Assembly (NCBI GenBank): GCA_039808985.1
Contig: JBDHUC010000004.1
Span: 26,050 to 90,049 of the forward strand
DNA from: Alphaproteobacteria bacterium
Lineage (GTDB): Bacteria; Pseudomonadota; Alphaproteobacteria; Rickettsiales; SXRF01
Direction: 5' to 3'
DNA: 64,000 bases
Made by a program: the position numbers and the translations under genes. Below the pieces are notes generated by a model that saw nothing but the letters and a program-made list of their open reading frames with translations, was not told where the DNA came from and made no database searches. Positions 8,944 to 19,901 of the stretch are shown here, piece after piece (position 1 is the stretch's first letter; every line of letters starts with the position of its first letter).

Positions 8944-11135
8944 TCTGTTGCCCTTATATCACAGTGTTGCAAAAAAGAAAGCGTTACTTTTGCGCCGCCA
9001 GAAGGAATATTATCTATCTTTATCAATCCATTATGATCATCAACTATCTTTTTAACAATTGAAAGCCCCAGCCCTGTGCCTTTACTTCTGGTTGTAACAT
9101 AAGGTTCCAGCATTTTGTTAATATCCTGGGTTTGGAAGCCTGCCCCGTTATCCTCCACGGCTATTACTATACGTTCGCCATCATGGCTTACATTAACATT
9201 AACAATGCCTTTTTCCGGTTTTTTTCCTGATTCTTCTATTGCTTCGGAAGCATTTTTAAGAAGATTGGTCATAACCTGGGTCATTTGCCGTTCATCGCAG
9301 TTAAAAATCACTGGTTTTTCAGGAATTGAAATAAAAAATTCTATAGATGGATAGGCAACCTGCGCAGAAAACACTGATTTTTTTACAATCTGCGCTATAT
9401 CTTCAGGAGCGAAGCGCACGCTTGGCATCTTGGCAAAAGAAACAAATTCATCCACCATTTTGCCAATATCACCAACATGCTTGGTAATAGTGTCGGTATA
9501 TTTTACAAAATTCTCCTCATCCTCACTTATAAACCTAAGGTATTTACGCTTTATTCGCTCAGCAGAAAGCTGGATAGGAGTAAGCGGGTTCTTTATTTCA
9601 TGCGCCACGCGCCGCGCAACGTCAGCCCATGCAGCGCTACGCTGCGCCGCCATCAGCGGTGTTATATCGTCGAAAGTCACAATAAATCCTTCCGTTATAT
9701 TACCGATGCTTTCCACCGTCACCCGCACATGCAGCGTTATGGCCTTATCGTTATTACCAAGTGTTACTGTGCCTTCAGCTATATCGCCTGGTATATTTTC
9801 TGCCTTTGCGAGCAGGCCTTCAAGGTCAGGCAGGAATTTTGCAATATCCTTTCCTTCCTCTGGCCGTTTATTGATACGCTCTAATATCGCAGCCGATGAG
9901 CGATTGAACAAGGTAATCTGCTTAGCGCTGTTAAGGGCTATTACACCAGCGGAAACCCCGGAAAGCACCGTTTCAGTAAAGCGCCTGCGCTCATCAAGCC
10001 TGCGGTTAGCGTCAATCAGATCGCCACGCTGGGCTTCAAGCTGCTCGGTCATGCGGTTAAAGCTACGGCTTAATGTACCGAATTCGTCCTTGCTGGTCGC
10101 ATCCTTGATTCGCGCGCTGAAATCCCCTCCACGCACACGCTCAGAAGCCTCTACCAGAAAGCGTATTGGCCTTGTTAAACGTGCCGCGAATACCATCCCA
10201 TACCACACGGAGCATATTAGCAGAAGCAAGGCAAGCGCTACAAATACAATAGAAAAAGTTATCTGCAGCCGGTCAAGCTGGCCTTTCAAATGTTCATATT
10301 CGCTCACCGCCCCTTGCGCATTCTCCATATGGTCTATCACCTTACTGTCAATAAGGCGGCCAACCAGCAGATAACCTTCCGGAAGCGCCGGGATTTTTAT
10401 AAGGGCGCGGACTTTATCGTCATCGGTGGTCATAATAACCACCTCGCCTTTTGCCGCCCTCTCAAGCACATCCGGCGGTATGGTTTCAAAGGCCAGGGCA
10501 AAGCTGAACCTTCCCTGCGCTATAATGCGGTTACGCTGGATAACAACAGCTTCAGTAAGAACCCGTAGTGCTGCCTGCGTAACAACAGCCTGCTCAAAAT
10601 CAGCAGGGCTGGAGATAACCAGGTCAGCAACCTGGTTCAAATCCCCCGCCATGGCGATTGCGTCAGCGCGGATATTTTCCTTATGCTCAGCAAGGTAGGC
10701 TTCCGCAACCGCCCTTGATTCCTCAACAGTCCGCTGCACACGCTCGTTAAACCATGTTTGTATGCCAATATTAAAAAACAGTGCTGAGAATATGGAAACT
10801 ATGATAGCAGGAGAAATAGTCACCAGGCTGAACATGATAATTATGCGTTTTTGCAGCTTGGCACGCGATGATCCAGCCCTGAGAGCGCGCCACAGGGAGA
10901 AAATCCGGATTGAGATAATAGTGATAACAATGGCCAGCAACCCAACATTTACGGAAAGCAGCGTCATCATCCGTTTTGGCTTCATGCCAAAATTAGTAGG
11001 GCTGTTATCAATTATGCTGTAGGTGATGCCCAGCGATACCATCACAGAAATAACAATTATAAAAAGTAAATTCCTGCGTAAAAACTTAGCGCCCCGCCAT
11101 AATAACGGATAATTTAAAAGAAATGGCTTGGACAT
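8940..11135 (-). CDS. ntrY: sensor histidine kinase NtrY
   Basis: 731 aa with N-terminal TM helices, HAMP, PAS, an H-box (AHEIKNPLTPI) and ATPase G-boxes (DNGAGF, GTGLGLSI). Positioned upstream of ntrX. Confidence 0.8.
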   Translation of the reverse strand: MSKPFLLNYPLLWRGAKFLRRNLLFIIVISVMVSLGITYSIIDNSPTNFGMKPKRMMTLLSVNVGLLAIVITIISIRIFSLWRALRAGSSRAKLQKRIIIMFSLVTISPAIIVSIFSALFFNIGIQTWFNERVQRTVEESRAVAEAYLAEHKENIRADAIAMAGDLNQVADLVISSPADFEQAVVTQAALRVLTEAVVIQRNRIIAQGRFSFALAFETIPPDVLERAAKGEVVIMTTDDDKVRALIKIPALPEGYLLVGRLIDSKVIDHMENAQGAVSEYEHLKGQLDRLQITFSIVFVALALLLLICSVWYGMVFAARLTRPIRFLVEASERVRGGDFSARIKDATSKDEFGTLSRSFNRMTEQLEAQRGDLIDANRRLDERRRFTETVLSGVSAGVIALNSAKQITLFNRSSAAILERINKRPEEGKDIAKFLPDLEGLLAKAENIPGDIAEGTVTLGNNDKAITLHVRVTVESIGNITEGFIVTFDDITPLMAAQRSAAWADVARRVAHEIKNPLTPIQLSAERIKRKYLRFISEDEENFVKYTDTITKHVGDIGKMVDEFVSFAKMPSVRFAPEDIAQIVKKSVFSAQVAYPSIEFFISIPEKPVIFNCDERQMTQVMTNLLKNASEAIEESGKKPEKGIVNVNVSHDGERIVIAVEDNGAGFQTQDINKMLEPYVTTRSKGTGLGLSIVKKIVDDHNGLIKIDNIPSGGAKVTLSFLQHCDIRATD

Positions 11136-11172
11136 ACGCTTAATAATTCAATTGATAAGAAAGCCCCAGCTA

Positions 11173-11550
11173 TCAATTCAACGGCCTTTCGCCATAATCG
11201 TTAGCACCTTCGTCGCTTTTTTGAACATACCAGAACAACAGCAGGAATATACCAATACCAGTAAACGATACCAATATCCACCAGCCACTGCGGTTCACAT
11301 CATGCAGGCGGCGCGCAGCTACAGCAAGCGATGGCAGCAAAGTCGCATATGTAAATATGTTTCCCAGTATATTATTTGGTACGGTACCTGGTGCTCCGTT
11401 CCAGGCTACAACGGCTAATATTGCCAGAGCAACACCTATTACAGCGGTAAATAACGACCAGTACCAGAATTCCGACCGGCTGGCACGCCCTTTGAAATCC
11501 ACATATTTTTTTAAGCAGGTCTGTACAGCTTCCTTGAATTGCATAGCCAC
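11173..11550 (-). CDS. DUF805 family inner-membrane protein
   Basis: GRASRSEFWYW...RRLHDVNRSGWW motifs with three or four TM helices. Confidence 0.7.
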   Translation of the reverse strand: MAMQFKEAVQTCLKKYVDFKGRASRSEFWYWSLFTAVIGVALAILAVVAWNGAPGTVPNNILGNIFTYATLLPSLAVAARRLHDVNRSGWWILVSFTGIGIFLLLFWYVQKSDEGANDYGERPLN

Positions 11551-11618
11551 CCCCAGTTTATGATTATTATAACAAACAACACTTTATTTATGGATATATG
11601 CCTAATATAAACATAAAA

Positions 11619-11906
11619 TCAATTACTTGCTAAACTAATCCGCAGTTCGGCCATCTTTTTTCGCAAAGTGTTGCGGTTAATCCCCAATACATACGCTGCT
11701 TTTAGCTGGTTTCCCTCTGTTGCCTGCAAGGCCATTTCGATTAGCGGCTTCTCGATTAGCGGCAGGATACGGTAATAAAGCCCCGAAGGCGGCAGCGAAC
11801 CAGCCGTATGCGCTGCAAAATAATTACGCAGGTGCTCCTCTACATCTTCCTGCAAAGTTCGCGTTTTCCCCAATAATTTATTTTCTAATTTCGGGGCGTT
11901 TTCCAT
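11619..11906 (-). CDS. Fis-family DNA-binding protein
   Basis: 95 aa. The C-terminal HTH GNQLKAAYVLGINRNTLRKKM is typical of Fis and NtrC C-terminal domains. Confidence 0.65.
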   Translation of the reverse strand: MENAPKLENKLLGKTRTLQEDVEEHLRNYFAAHTAGSLPPSGLYYRILPLIEKPLIEMALQATEGNQLKAAYVLGINRNTLRKKMAELRISLASN

Positions 11907-11912
11907 AGCATT

Positions 11913-13571
11913 TTACGCGGCTTTTTTATGTTTTTTATCCTCGGCCATTGCTGCTTTTATAAATGATGCAAATAGAGGATGCGGTGCGAATGGTCGTGAT
12001 TTAAGCTCAGGGTGGAATTGCACGCCAACAAACCATGGATGCTTTTTAAGCTCAACAATCTCCGGCAGATGGCCTTCCGGTGAAACCCCGGAAAATACCA
12101 TGCCTGATTTTTCAAATTCTTCACGGTATTGCATATTTACTTCATAGCGATGGCGATGGCGCTCGCTTATACGCGTGCTGCCGTAAATTTTTTCGGCAAG
12201 GCTTCCCGGCGCAATATCACACTCATAAGCCCCAAGGCGCATAGTTCCGCCAAGGTCGCCTCCACGGGTGCGGGTTTCTATAACGCTTCCGCGCTGCCAT
12301 TCAGTCATAAGCCCCACCAGCGGCCCCTTGTTATTTTCCGCGTTATAAGGTGCAAATTCAGTAGAAGCAGCGTCTTTTATGCCCAGCACATCACGGGCAT
12401 ATTCGATAACAGCAAGCTGCATACCAAAGCATATTCCCAGATATGGCTTGTTATGGGTGCGCGCATAATTTATCGCCGCTATTTTACCATTCACACCTCG
12501 CTCGCCAAACCCGCCGGGAACGAGTACCGCGTCAACATCAGAAAGGGATTTACCTACATCTTCCTTTTCAAACCCGGCAGCATCTACCCAGCGTATATTA
12601 ACTTTAGCACGGTTGGCTATTCCAGCATGGTCAAGCGCTTCACAAAGCGATTTATACGCATCTCCAATACCAGTATATTTGCCCACTATCGCGACAGTAA
12701 CCTCGGTTTTCGGGTTTTGCACACGCTCCAGTATCTCATCCCATTTTTTAAGGTCAGGACTTGCTTTTTCCTCAATGCCAAAAAGCTTAAGCACCTGTTT
12801 ATCAAATCCTTGCTCGCTGTAGCGGCGCGGCACTTCATATATGGAATTAACATCCAGCCCGGCAATCACCGATTCCTCGCGGATATTACAGAACAAAGCA
12901 ATTTTACGGCGCTCGGCCAGCGGTATTTCGCGGTCAGCGCGGCATAAAAGAATATCAGGCTGTATCCCGATCATGCGCAATTCTTTAACGCTGTGCTGGG
13001 TTGGCTTGGTTTTAAGCTCTTTTGCCGCCGCGATATAAGGGACCAGCGTAAGATGTATATACATCACCCTCTCGCGCCCCAGTTCCCAGCCAAGCTGGCG
13101 TATCGCCTCGAAAAACGGCAGACCTTCAATATCGCCAACCGTACCGCCTATTTCGCATAATATAAAATCTTCATCATCAGTATCGCGTAAAACGAACTCT
13201 TTTATAAGGTCGGTAACATGCGGTATCACCTGGACTGTGCCGCCAAGATAATCCCCGCGCCGTTCCTTGGTAAGCAGTGTTGAATATATCTGCCCGGTGC
13301 TTACCGAATCGCTGCGGCGAGCGCTGACATCAGTAAAGCGCTCATAATGCCCAAGATCAAGGTCAGTTTCCGCCCCGTCATCAGTTACAAAAACCTCGCC
13401 ATGCTGGGTCGGGTTCATAGTGCCAGGGTCAACGTTAAGATACGGGTCGAGCTTGCGCAGCCGGACCTTATAGCCGCGTGCCTGCAAAAGCGCGCCAAGA
13501 CTTGCAGAAGCAAGGCCTTTCCCCAATGAGGATACCACACCGCCAGTTATGAATATAAAACGTGTAGGCAT
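11913..13571 (-). CDS. pyrG: CTP synthase
   Basis: [14 protein letters not shown]-terminus and a GATase domain ([15 protein letters not shown]). 552 aa. Confidence 0.95.
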   Translation of the reverse strand: MPTRFIFITGGVVSSLGKGLASASLGALLQARGYKVRLRKLDPYLNVDPGTMNPTQHGEVFVTDDGAETDLDLGHYERFTDVSARRSDSVSTGQIYSTLLTKERRGDYLGGTVQVIPHVTDLIKEFVLRDTDDEDFILCEIGGTVGDIEGLPFFEAIRQLGWELGRERVMYIHLTLVPYIAAAKELKTKPTQHSVKELRMIGIQPDILLCRADREIPLAERRKIALFCNIREESVIAGLDVNSIYEVPRRYSEQGFDKQVLKLFGIEEKASPDLKKWDEILERVQNPKTEVTVAIVGKYTGIGDAYKSLCEALDHAGIANRAKVNIRWVDAAGFEKEDVGKSLSDVDAVLVPGGFGERGVNGKIAAINYARTHNKPYLGICFGMQLAVIEYARDVLGIKDAASTEFAPYNAENNKGPLVGLMTEWQRGSVIETRTRGGDLGGTMRLGAYECDIAPGSLAEKIYGSTRISERHRHRYEVNMQYREEFEKSGMVFSGVSPEGHLPEIVELKKHPWFVGVQFHPELKSRPFAPHPLFASFIKAAMAEDKKHKKAA

Positions 13572-13574
13572 AAA

Positions 13575-13970
13575 TTACTCAGGCTTTGGCGCAACAGGTG
13601 CCGGTGTTGTAGCTGGTGTTGTTGAGGCTGGCTGGCTGCCTGCCCCTTCAGTTGTTTTCTGCGGTGTGGTTGCCTGCGGATTTTCCGCTGGCGCTGTGCT
13701 TTCCGGCGGGGCAGCATCCATAATTGATTTAGAGCCCATATGGCTTGCCATGGTTGCAAGCGTGATGCTTGTAAGCATAAATCCGGTAGCCAGCAGGGCT
13801 GTAGTACGGGTCATAAAATTAGCGGCGCTGCGCCCGGTCATGAACTGGTTGCCGCCGCCACCGCTAAGCCCACTCATACCGTCACTATCAGTTTTTTGCA
13901 GTAGTATCATCATGATAAGGAACAACACTAATATAGTGTGCGCCACTAGTAAAACCGTATAAAAACCCAT
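13575..13970 (-). CDS. secG: preprotein translocase subunit SecG with a Pro/Thr/Ala-rich tail
   Basis: N-terminal LVAHTILVLFLIMMILLQKTDSDGMSG is the SecG signature. Located between tpiA and pyrG. Confidence 0.8.
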   Translation of the reverse strand: MGFYTVLLVAHTILVLFLIMMILLQKTDSDGMSGLSGGGGNQFMTGRSAANFMTRTTALLATGFMLTSITLATMASHMGSKSIMDAAPPESTAPAENPQATTPQKTTEGAGSQPASTTPATTPAPVAPKPE

Positions 13971-13987
13971 ATTTTTCCTCTGCTGCC

Positions 13988-14737
13988 TTAATTTAAGGCA
14001 GAAAAAATTATTTTACAAAAATCCTGGCCATTCAAGCTGGCGCCACCTACTAAAACCCCTGAAACATTGGGAACAGCCAATATCTCACCTGCGTTATCAG
14101 CTTTCACCGAACCACCATATAATACATAAACATCAGAAGTTTCAATAGCTATGCTCTTAGAAACCCTTGTAATAATGGCATCATGGACCTGTTTTATTTC
14201 ATCCATGGTGGGCAGGCTTCCAGAACCAATAGCCCAAACAGGTTCATATGCAAGGATAAAATTACCTGCACCGGCTTCTTTTGGCAATGATTCATCAATT
14301 TGCTGGTTAATAACCTTAATAGTATCACCGCCATCCCTTTGTTCTTTGGTTTCTCCTATACAGATAACAGGCACAAGCCCCGACTTTATTGCGCCTGCCG
14401 CCTTGGCACGCACAATCTCATTACTTTCCAGGCTATAAGCGCGGCGCTCGGAATGGCCTACTATCACATATGAACAGCCAACATCCTTAAGCAGTTTTGC
14501 ACTGGTTTCTCCGGTATATGCTCCTTCCGGCTTTGCATGGCAATCCTGTCCGCCTATTTTAACTTCCGAACCATCCATAAGATATTTAAGAAGTGGTATA
14601 AGCGGTGCCGGTGGGCATGCTACAACCTCCACTCCATATGGTATTTCCGGCATCGACAACATAAAATCATGCGCCCATTTTTTGGTGCTTTCGCTGCTAC
14701 CATTCATTTTCCAATTTGCTATTATAATTTTTTTCAT
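13988..14737 (-). CDS. tpiA: triose-phosphate isomerase
   Basis: IIANWKMNG, VIVGHSERR, AYEPVWAIGSG and YGGSV motifs. Confidence 0.93.
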   Translation of the reverse strand: MKKIIIANWKMNGSSESTKKWAHDFMLSMPEIPYGVEVVACPPAPLIPLLKYLMDGSEVKIGGQDCHAKPEGAYTGETSAKLLKDVGCSYVIVGHSERRAYSLESNEIVRAKAAGAIKSGLVPVICIGETKEQRDGGDTIKVINQQIDESLPKEAGAGNFILAYEPVWAIGSGSLPTMDEIKQVHDAIITRVSKSIAIETSDVYVLYGGSVKADNAGEILAVPNVSGVLVGGASLNGQDFCKIIFSALN

Positions 14738-14861
14738 AAACCTCGATTAATAAAACCTAAATAATTTCAAGCAAACTATCCGAACAAAAAACCTTTTACA
14801 ATCTTCAAGTGTAGTGTAGTAAAGCAGATATGATTAAACTTATAAATAACAACGTATCAGA

Positions 14862-16796
14862 ATGATTAAAGAATTCAGGGCACACGCCCGCAATCTCGGC
14901 TCAAAAATCCTGATGGGCTTGCTCATCCTAACTTTTGGCATCTGGGGCATAGAGGATATGCTCCTTAAATCGAACGGCAATGTCACCGTTGCTACAGTTG
15001 GGGATATAAAAATTTCCGGCGCTGAATACCAGCAGGCAATGTCGCGTGAAACTGACAAGCTGCGGCAGATGCTTGGCAAGGAAGCAACTCCGGATATACT
15101 TAAGAGCTTTAATATAGGACCGCAGGTTCTTCAGCAGCTTATAAATGAGCGCCTGCTGATGCTGGAAAGCCGCAAGATAGGGCTGCGTCCAAGCGATGAG
15201 GACGTTGCCAATAATATCCGTAAGAATCCAGGGTTTCTTGATGATAAAGGCAAATTCAGCAAAAAGAATTTTGAGTATTTCCTGCAAGCCAACCATATAT
15301 CGGAAAAAGCTTTTATAGAAAAAATACGCAGCGATATGGCGGTCGGCCTTCTTATAAGCTCTATAACTTCCATGGCAAATGTCCCAGGCAATGCCCCAGC
15401 CACTCTTCTTTCTGCGCGTGAGGAACTGCGCAATATAGACATATATACCATTCCATCTTCCCTCATAAACTCCCAGCCATCGCCTACAAATGAGCAGGTA
15501 AAGGGATATTATGATGCGAATATAGCCACTTTCACCGCGCCTGAATATCGCACCATAAGTTATGTATCGTTTAGCAGCGATGATGCAAAAAAGCTTTCTG
15601 GTGAGTCAAACGGTTCTTCTTCATCAGCAAAACAGGGTATGCCGGGCAAGGACTTAGAAACTGCATATCACGAAAGGATTGAAGAATTCAAAAAACCCGA
15701 ACGCCGCAGGGTCGAGCAATTGCTTTTTGCAACCGAAGAAGGAGCACACAAAGCCCTTGAAGATATAAAATCCGGTAAATCATTCGAGCAGGTAGCGAAA
15801 GAGTCGCAATTATTAAACCCTAAATCCATATCCCTGGGTCTTGTTGAAAAATCCAGTATTCTGTCAGAGGCAGCCGACAAGGTTTTTTCCCAGGAAGTAG
15901 GCGTTGCTGGCGAACCAATTAAAAGCTCGTTCGGGTGGCATATTTTCCGGGTTAAGGAGATAATTCCGCCGATGACGCTCCCACTTGAAGAAGTGCGCTC
16001 AATCCTTGAAAAAGATATTCAGCAGCAAAATGACGAGAAGGCAATGACCGAGCTATCCAACAAGCTGGAGGATGCTGTTGCTGGCGGCAGCACATTAGCT
16101 GAAGCCGCAAACGATCTGGGCCTTAAAGTTACTACATTGCAACCGGTGGATAAGGGTGGCAGGCTCGCAAACGGCAATGCGGATAAATCCATTCCGCAAG
16201 ACAGTAAGTTCTTAGAAACAGCTTTTAAAACTGAAGAAAAAACTGAATCACCCATAATTAATGGAAAAAATGGGGTTAGCTATATGCTGCGCATAGACAG
16301 CATAACCCCCGAGCATGTATTGCCGCTGGAACAGGTTAAGGCTAAAGCATCTAGCCTGTGGATAGAACAGGAAAAGATAAAGCAGCTATCAAGGATGGCG
16401 CAGGGAATTGCAGATGATTTTGCTAACCCGGCGAAGCGCCAGGTCGCCGCGAAGAACCTGGACGCACCCGTAAGCCTTACTGTTTCACAAAAAGTAGAAG
16501 ATTATAAAAACGTTCCCCCAGCTATGATAAAGGATATATTTTCCCGTCAGGTTGGTAGCGCAACATCTGCATACAAACAGGATAATGACCATTATATACT
16601 TGCAGTAATAAAGCAGGCGATGCCGGTTTTTCACGACACCAAAGATCCTAAATATGCTGGTATTTTATCAAACACTTCACGGGAATATAAAACTGCGGTT
16701 GAGAATGAGATTATAGACCAGTATCTGCGCTTTCTGGCCAGCAAATATCCTCCGGTTGTGAATACGCAGGCATTGCAGATAAAGAGCGATGAGTAA
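14862..16796 (+). CDS. ppiD: periplasmic chaperone / peptidyl-prolyl isomerase PpiD-like
   Basis: N-terminal membrane anchor, a SurA_N-like region and a parvulin-like segment (SFGWHIFRVKE). It precedes trpE, as in many alphaproteobacteria. Confidence 0.65.
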   Translation: MIKEFRAHARNLGSKILMGLLILTFGIWGIEDMLLKSNGNVTVATVGDIKISGAEYQQAMSRETDKLRQMLGKEATPDILKSFNIGPQVLQQLINERLLMLESRKIGLRPSDEDVANNIRKNPGFLDDKGKFSKKNFEYFLQANHISEKAFIEKIRSDMAVGLLISSITSMANVPGNAPATLLSAREELRNIDIYTIPSSLINSQPSPTNEQVKGYYDANIATFTAPEYRTISYVSFSSDDAKKLSGESNGSSSSAKQGMPGKDLETAYHERIEEFKKPERRRVEQLLFATEEGAHKALEDIKSGKSFEQVAKESQLLNPKSISLGLVEKSSILSEAADKVFSQEVGVAGEPIKSSFGWHIFRVKEIIPPMTLPLEEVRSILEKDIQQQNDEKAMTELSNKLEDAVAGGSTLAEAANDLGLKVTTLQPVDKGGRLANGNADKSIPQDSKFLETAFKTEEKTESPIINGKNGVSYMLRIDSITPEHVLPLEQVKAKASSLWIEQEKIKQLSRMAQGIADDFANPAKRQVAAKNLDAPVSLTVSQKVEDYKNVPPAMIKDIFSRQVGSATSAYKQDNDHYILAVIKQAMPVFHDTKDPKYAGILSNTSREYKTAVENEIIDQYLRFLASKYPPVVNTQALQIKSDE

Positions 16797-18313
16797 TGCT
16801 CCCTGTAAAAAACCCCATATTTTTTCCCGGCGAAGATATTTTTACTACCGGGCTTAATGCCGGAAAATCGCAACTGGTGTGGACAACCTGCCCCGCTGAC
16901 CTGGACACCCCTGTTTCTGCCATGCTTAGGCTTATGGAAGACGGCAAACCATCATTCCTCCTGGAATCAGTGGAGAAAGGCGAAATCCGTGGCCGCTATT
17001 CTGTTATCGGCCTTATGCCCGATCTTATCTGGCGCTGCAAAGGTAACAAAGCCGAAATTTCTTATAATGATACAATAAAAGATTCCGAATTTAAGCCCTG
17101 CGCTGAAGGAAGCCTTGAATCGTTACGCAAGCTCTACGAAGAGTCAAAACTGGACATACCTGAAGGCCTGCCGCCAATGTCCTGCGGCCTTGTTGGCACA
17201 ATGGGATATGACATGGTAAAGCTCATGGAGCACCTGCCTGATACAAAGCCCGATAGCATAAAAATTCCCGATAGCTGCTTCATCCGCCCAAAACTGATGG
17301 TGGTTTTTGATGCAGTGACCGATAAGATTTTTGTTATTACCAGCATCTATGCTGACAAAGAGCGTGCCGATGCTAAAGCCGCTTACGCCGCCGCGCAAAA
17401 GCGTATAAATTATGTATTGCAGAAGCTGGCCGCACCTGTTCCTGAAAATGAAAACAAAAACTATAAGCCGGTTTCTATTTCCGATTTCACATCAAATACA
17501 AGCCGTGAACAATATGATTCCATGCTGGAAAAAGCCAAGGACCACATCCGCGCTGGCGACATCTTCCAGGTGGTAATTTCCCAGCGTTTTTCTGCGAAAT
17601 TCACCCTGCCGCCATTTGCGCTATACCGCGCCCTGCGCCAGCTAAACCCATCGCCTTTCCTGTTTTACCTGCATATCGGCGATTACACCCTGGTTGGCTC
17701 CAGCCCGGAAATACTTGTTCGCCTGCGCGATGGCGAGGTTACAATCCGCCCCATAGCCGGAACCCGTAAACGCGGCAGGAATAAAGCCGAAGACGAAGCT
17801 CTGGCCGCCGACCTCCTCTCCGACCCCAAGGAAGTTTCCGAGCATCTTATGCTTTTGGATTTAGGGCGCAACGATGTGGGGCGCGTAGCTAAAATAGGCA
17901 GCGTTCATACCACGCAAAAAATGAATATAGAAAACTATTCTCATGTAATGCACATAGTTTCTAATGTCGTAGGCGAGATCGACCCCAAATATGACGCTCT
18001 CTCCGCCTTGATAGCCGGTTTTCCGGCAGGAACGGTCAGTGGCGCGCCCAAGATACGGGCAATGGAGATAATTGATGAACTGGAAACAGAAGCCCGCAGT
18101 TTTTATGCTGGCTGCATCGGATATTTTTCAGGAAACGGCAATATGGATACCTGCATAACATTGCGCACGGCGCTCATAAAAAATGGGGTTATGTATGTAC
18201 AGGCAGGCGGCGGTATAGTAGCAGAAAGCGTAAACGAAGACGAATACCAGGAAGCATTGAACAAATCCCGCGCCTTGATGCGCGCTGCAGAAGAGGCTAT
18301 AAAGTTTGTATGA
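16796..18313 (+). CDS. trpE: anthranilate synthase component I
   Basis: Chorismate-binding motifs (GDIFQVVISQRF, GSSPE, IAGTRKRG, LSALIAGFPAGTVSGAPK). TAATG overlap with ppiD. Confidence 0.92.
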   Translation: MLPVKNPIFFPGEDIFTTGLNAGKSQLVWTTCPADLDTPVSAMLRLMEDGKPSFLLESVEKGEIRGRYSVIGLMPDLIWRCKGNKAEISYNDTIKDSEFKPCAEGSLESLRKLYEESKLDIPEGLPPMSCGLVGTMGYDMVKLMEHLPDTKPDSIKIPDSCFIRPKLMVVFDAVTDKIFVITSIYADKERADAKAAYAAAQKRINYVLQKLAAPVPENENKNYKPVSISDFTSNTSREQYDSMLEKAKDHIRAGDIFQVVISQRFSAKFTLPPFALYRALRQLNPSPFLFYLHIGDYTLVGSSPEILVRLRDGEVTIRPIAGTRKRGRNKAEDEALAADLLSDPKEVSEHLMLLDLGRNDVGRVAKIGSVHTTQKMNIENYSHVMHIVSNVVGEIDPKYDALSALIAGFPAGTVSGAPKIRAMEIIDELETEARSFYAGCIGYFSGNGNMDTCITLRTALIKNGVMYVQAGGGIVAESVNEDEYQEALNKSRALMRAAEEAIKFV

Positions 18314-18879
18314 AACTCATCCTGCTCGATAATTATGACAGCTTCACCTACAACCTGGTCCATTATCTTGGCGAACTCGGGGCGGATGTCGAAACATTGC
18401 GCAACGATGCAGTAACAGTGGATGAATTTCTGGCAAAAAAGCCTGCCGCCATAGTTATTTCGCCAGGGCCGGGAACTCCTCAGCAATCAGGCATCTGCCT
18501 GGAGCTGATAAAAACCGCTTCCGGCAAAGTTCCTATTTTTGGCGTATGCCTTGGCATGCAGGCTATCGGCGAAGCCTTTGGCGGCAAAGTCATCCGCGCT
18601 CCCAGGCCGATGCACGGAAAAATAAGCCCGATACTGCATAAAAACCAGAGCGTATTCGCCGGACTTCCCAATCCCTTCAACGCCACGCGCTACCATTCGC
18701 TGATAGTGGAAAAAGATACGGTTCCAGAAATGCTGGAAGTAACTGCTATAACCGAGGATGGATTGGTAATGGGGCTTCAACACAAAGTCCACAATACCCA
18801 TGGCGTGCAGTTTCACCCTGAGTCCATCGCCTCTGAACATGGCCACTCCCTCATAAAAAACTTCCTTGAGGGTATATGA
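18310..18879 (+). CDS. trpG: anthranilate synthase component II (glutamine amidotransferase)
   Basis: ILLDNYDSFTYNL, GVCLGMQ, GVQFHPES. Confidence 0.92.
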   Translation: MKLILLDNYDSFTYNLVHYLGELGADVETLRNDAVTVDEFLAKKPAAIVISPGPGTPQQSGICLELIKTASGKVPIFGVCLGMQAIGEAFGGKVIRAPRPMHGKISPILHKNQSVFAGLPNPFNATRYHSLIVEKDTVPEMLEVTAITEDGLVMGLQHKVHNTHGVQFHPESIASEHGHSLIKNFLEGI

Positions 18880-19901
18880 CCGACAATGCAATACAGCATG
18901 TCCTGGCATTGCTTGCCGATGGTAAAAACCTGACGCTTGATGTTGCCACACGCGCCTTCCAGGTCATTATGAATGGCGGCGCGACACCAGCGCAGATGGC
19001 AGCATTCCTTATGGCCCTGCGTATAAAAGGCGAAACAGTAGATGAAATAACGGCGGGCGCAACCGCAATGCGCGTCAAAGCACGACCTTTCCACTCGCTC
19101 CCGGGAGCAATTGACACTTGCGGAACCGGCGGCGATTCACGAGGGACTTATAATATTTCAACCGCGACTGCGCTGGTTCTTGCCGCTTGCGGCCTGCCGG
19201 TTGTAAAGCATGGCAACCGTTCTGTTTCTTCGCGCTCAGGCTCGGCTGATGTGCTGGAAATACTTGGCGTCAAAACCGATGCGGAACCAGAAATTGCCGA
19301 GCGCTGCCTTAAGCAGTGCAACATTGCCTTCCTTTTCGCGCCGAAATTCCATCCCGCCCTGCGCCATGTGCAGCCGGTAAGGCAGGAGCTTGCGTTGCGT
19401 ACTATCTTCAACATACTTGGGCCCCTTACCAATCCTGCCGCGCCAGATTTCCACCTTCTTGGCGTTTATAATAAATCACTTCTAATGCCATTGGCGGAAA
19501 CATTGAAAGCTCTTGGCACAAAATCCGCATGGATCGTGCATGGCAGCGATGGGCTTGATGAGCTTACTATAACCGGAAGTTCTAGCGTTACCGCGCTTAA
19601 AAACGGCGAAATAACCGGGTTTGAAATAACCCCGGAAGATGCCGGAATTGAGCGCGTGTCGCTGGAGGATTTAAAGGGTGGAACCCCAGAAACCAATGCA
19701 GCAGCGCTTAGCGAAGCCATATCCGGGGTTGAAACCCCATATCGGAATGCCATAATATTTAATGCTGCGGCAGGCCTGCTAATCTCAGGAAAAAGCAAAG
19801 ACCTGAAGGACGGGGCCGATATGGCAAAAAGAAGCATTGATTCCGGAGCTGTTTTTTCCGTACTTAAAAAACTGGTCGATGTCAGCAATACAAAAATATG
19901 A
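18876..19901 (+). CDS. trpD: anthranilate phosphoribosyltransferase
   Basis: DTCGTGGD, KHGNRSVSS and NILGPLTNP motifs. Confidence 0.92.
   Translation: MTDNAIQHVLALLADGKNLTLDVATRAFQVIMNGGATPAQMAAFLMALRIKGETVDEITAGATAMRVKARPFHSLPGAIDTCGTGGDSRGTYNISTATALVLAACGLPVVKHGNRSVSSRSGSADVLEILGVKTDAEPEIAERCLKQCNIAFLFAPKFHPALRHVQPVRQELALRTIFNILGPLTNPAAPDFHLLGVYNKSLLMPLAETLKALGTKSAWIVHGSDGLDELTITGSSSVTALKNGEITGFEITPEDAGIERVSLEDLKGGTPETNAAALSEAISGVETPYRNAIIFNAAAGLLISGKSKDLKDGADMAKRSIDSGAVFSVLKKLVDVSNTKI

Noticed and set aside
9430-10374. Long antisense ORFs inside well-supported genes (for example 9430-10374, 12129-12947, 37446-38270, 37472-38203, 41311-41964, 43385-44095, 62564-63538)
   Set aside because: Each is fully contained in, and antisense or out of frame to, a gene with strong family motifs (ntrY, pyrG, fliG, flhA, flhF, fabD). 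Their translations are low-complexity Ser/Arg/Ala-rich text typical of shadow ORFs.
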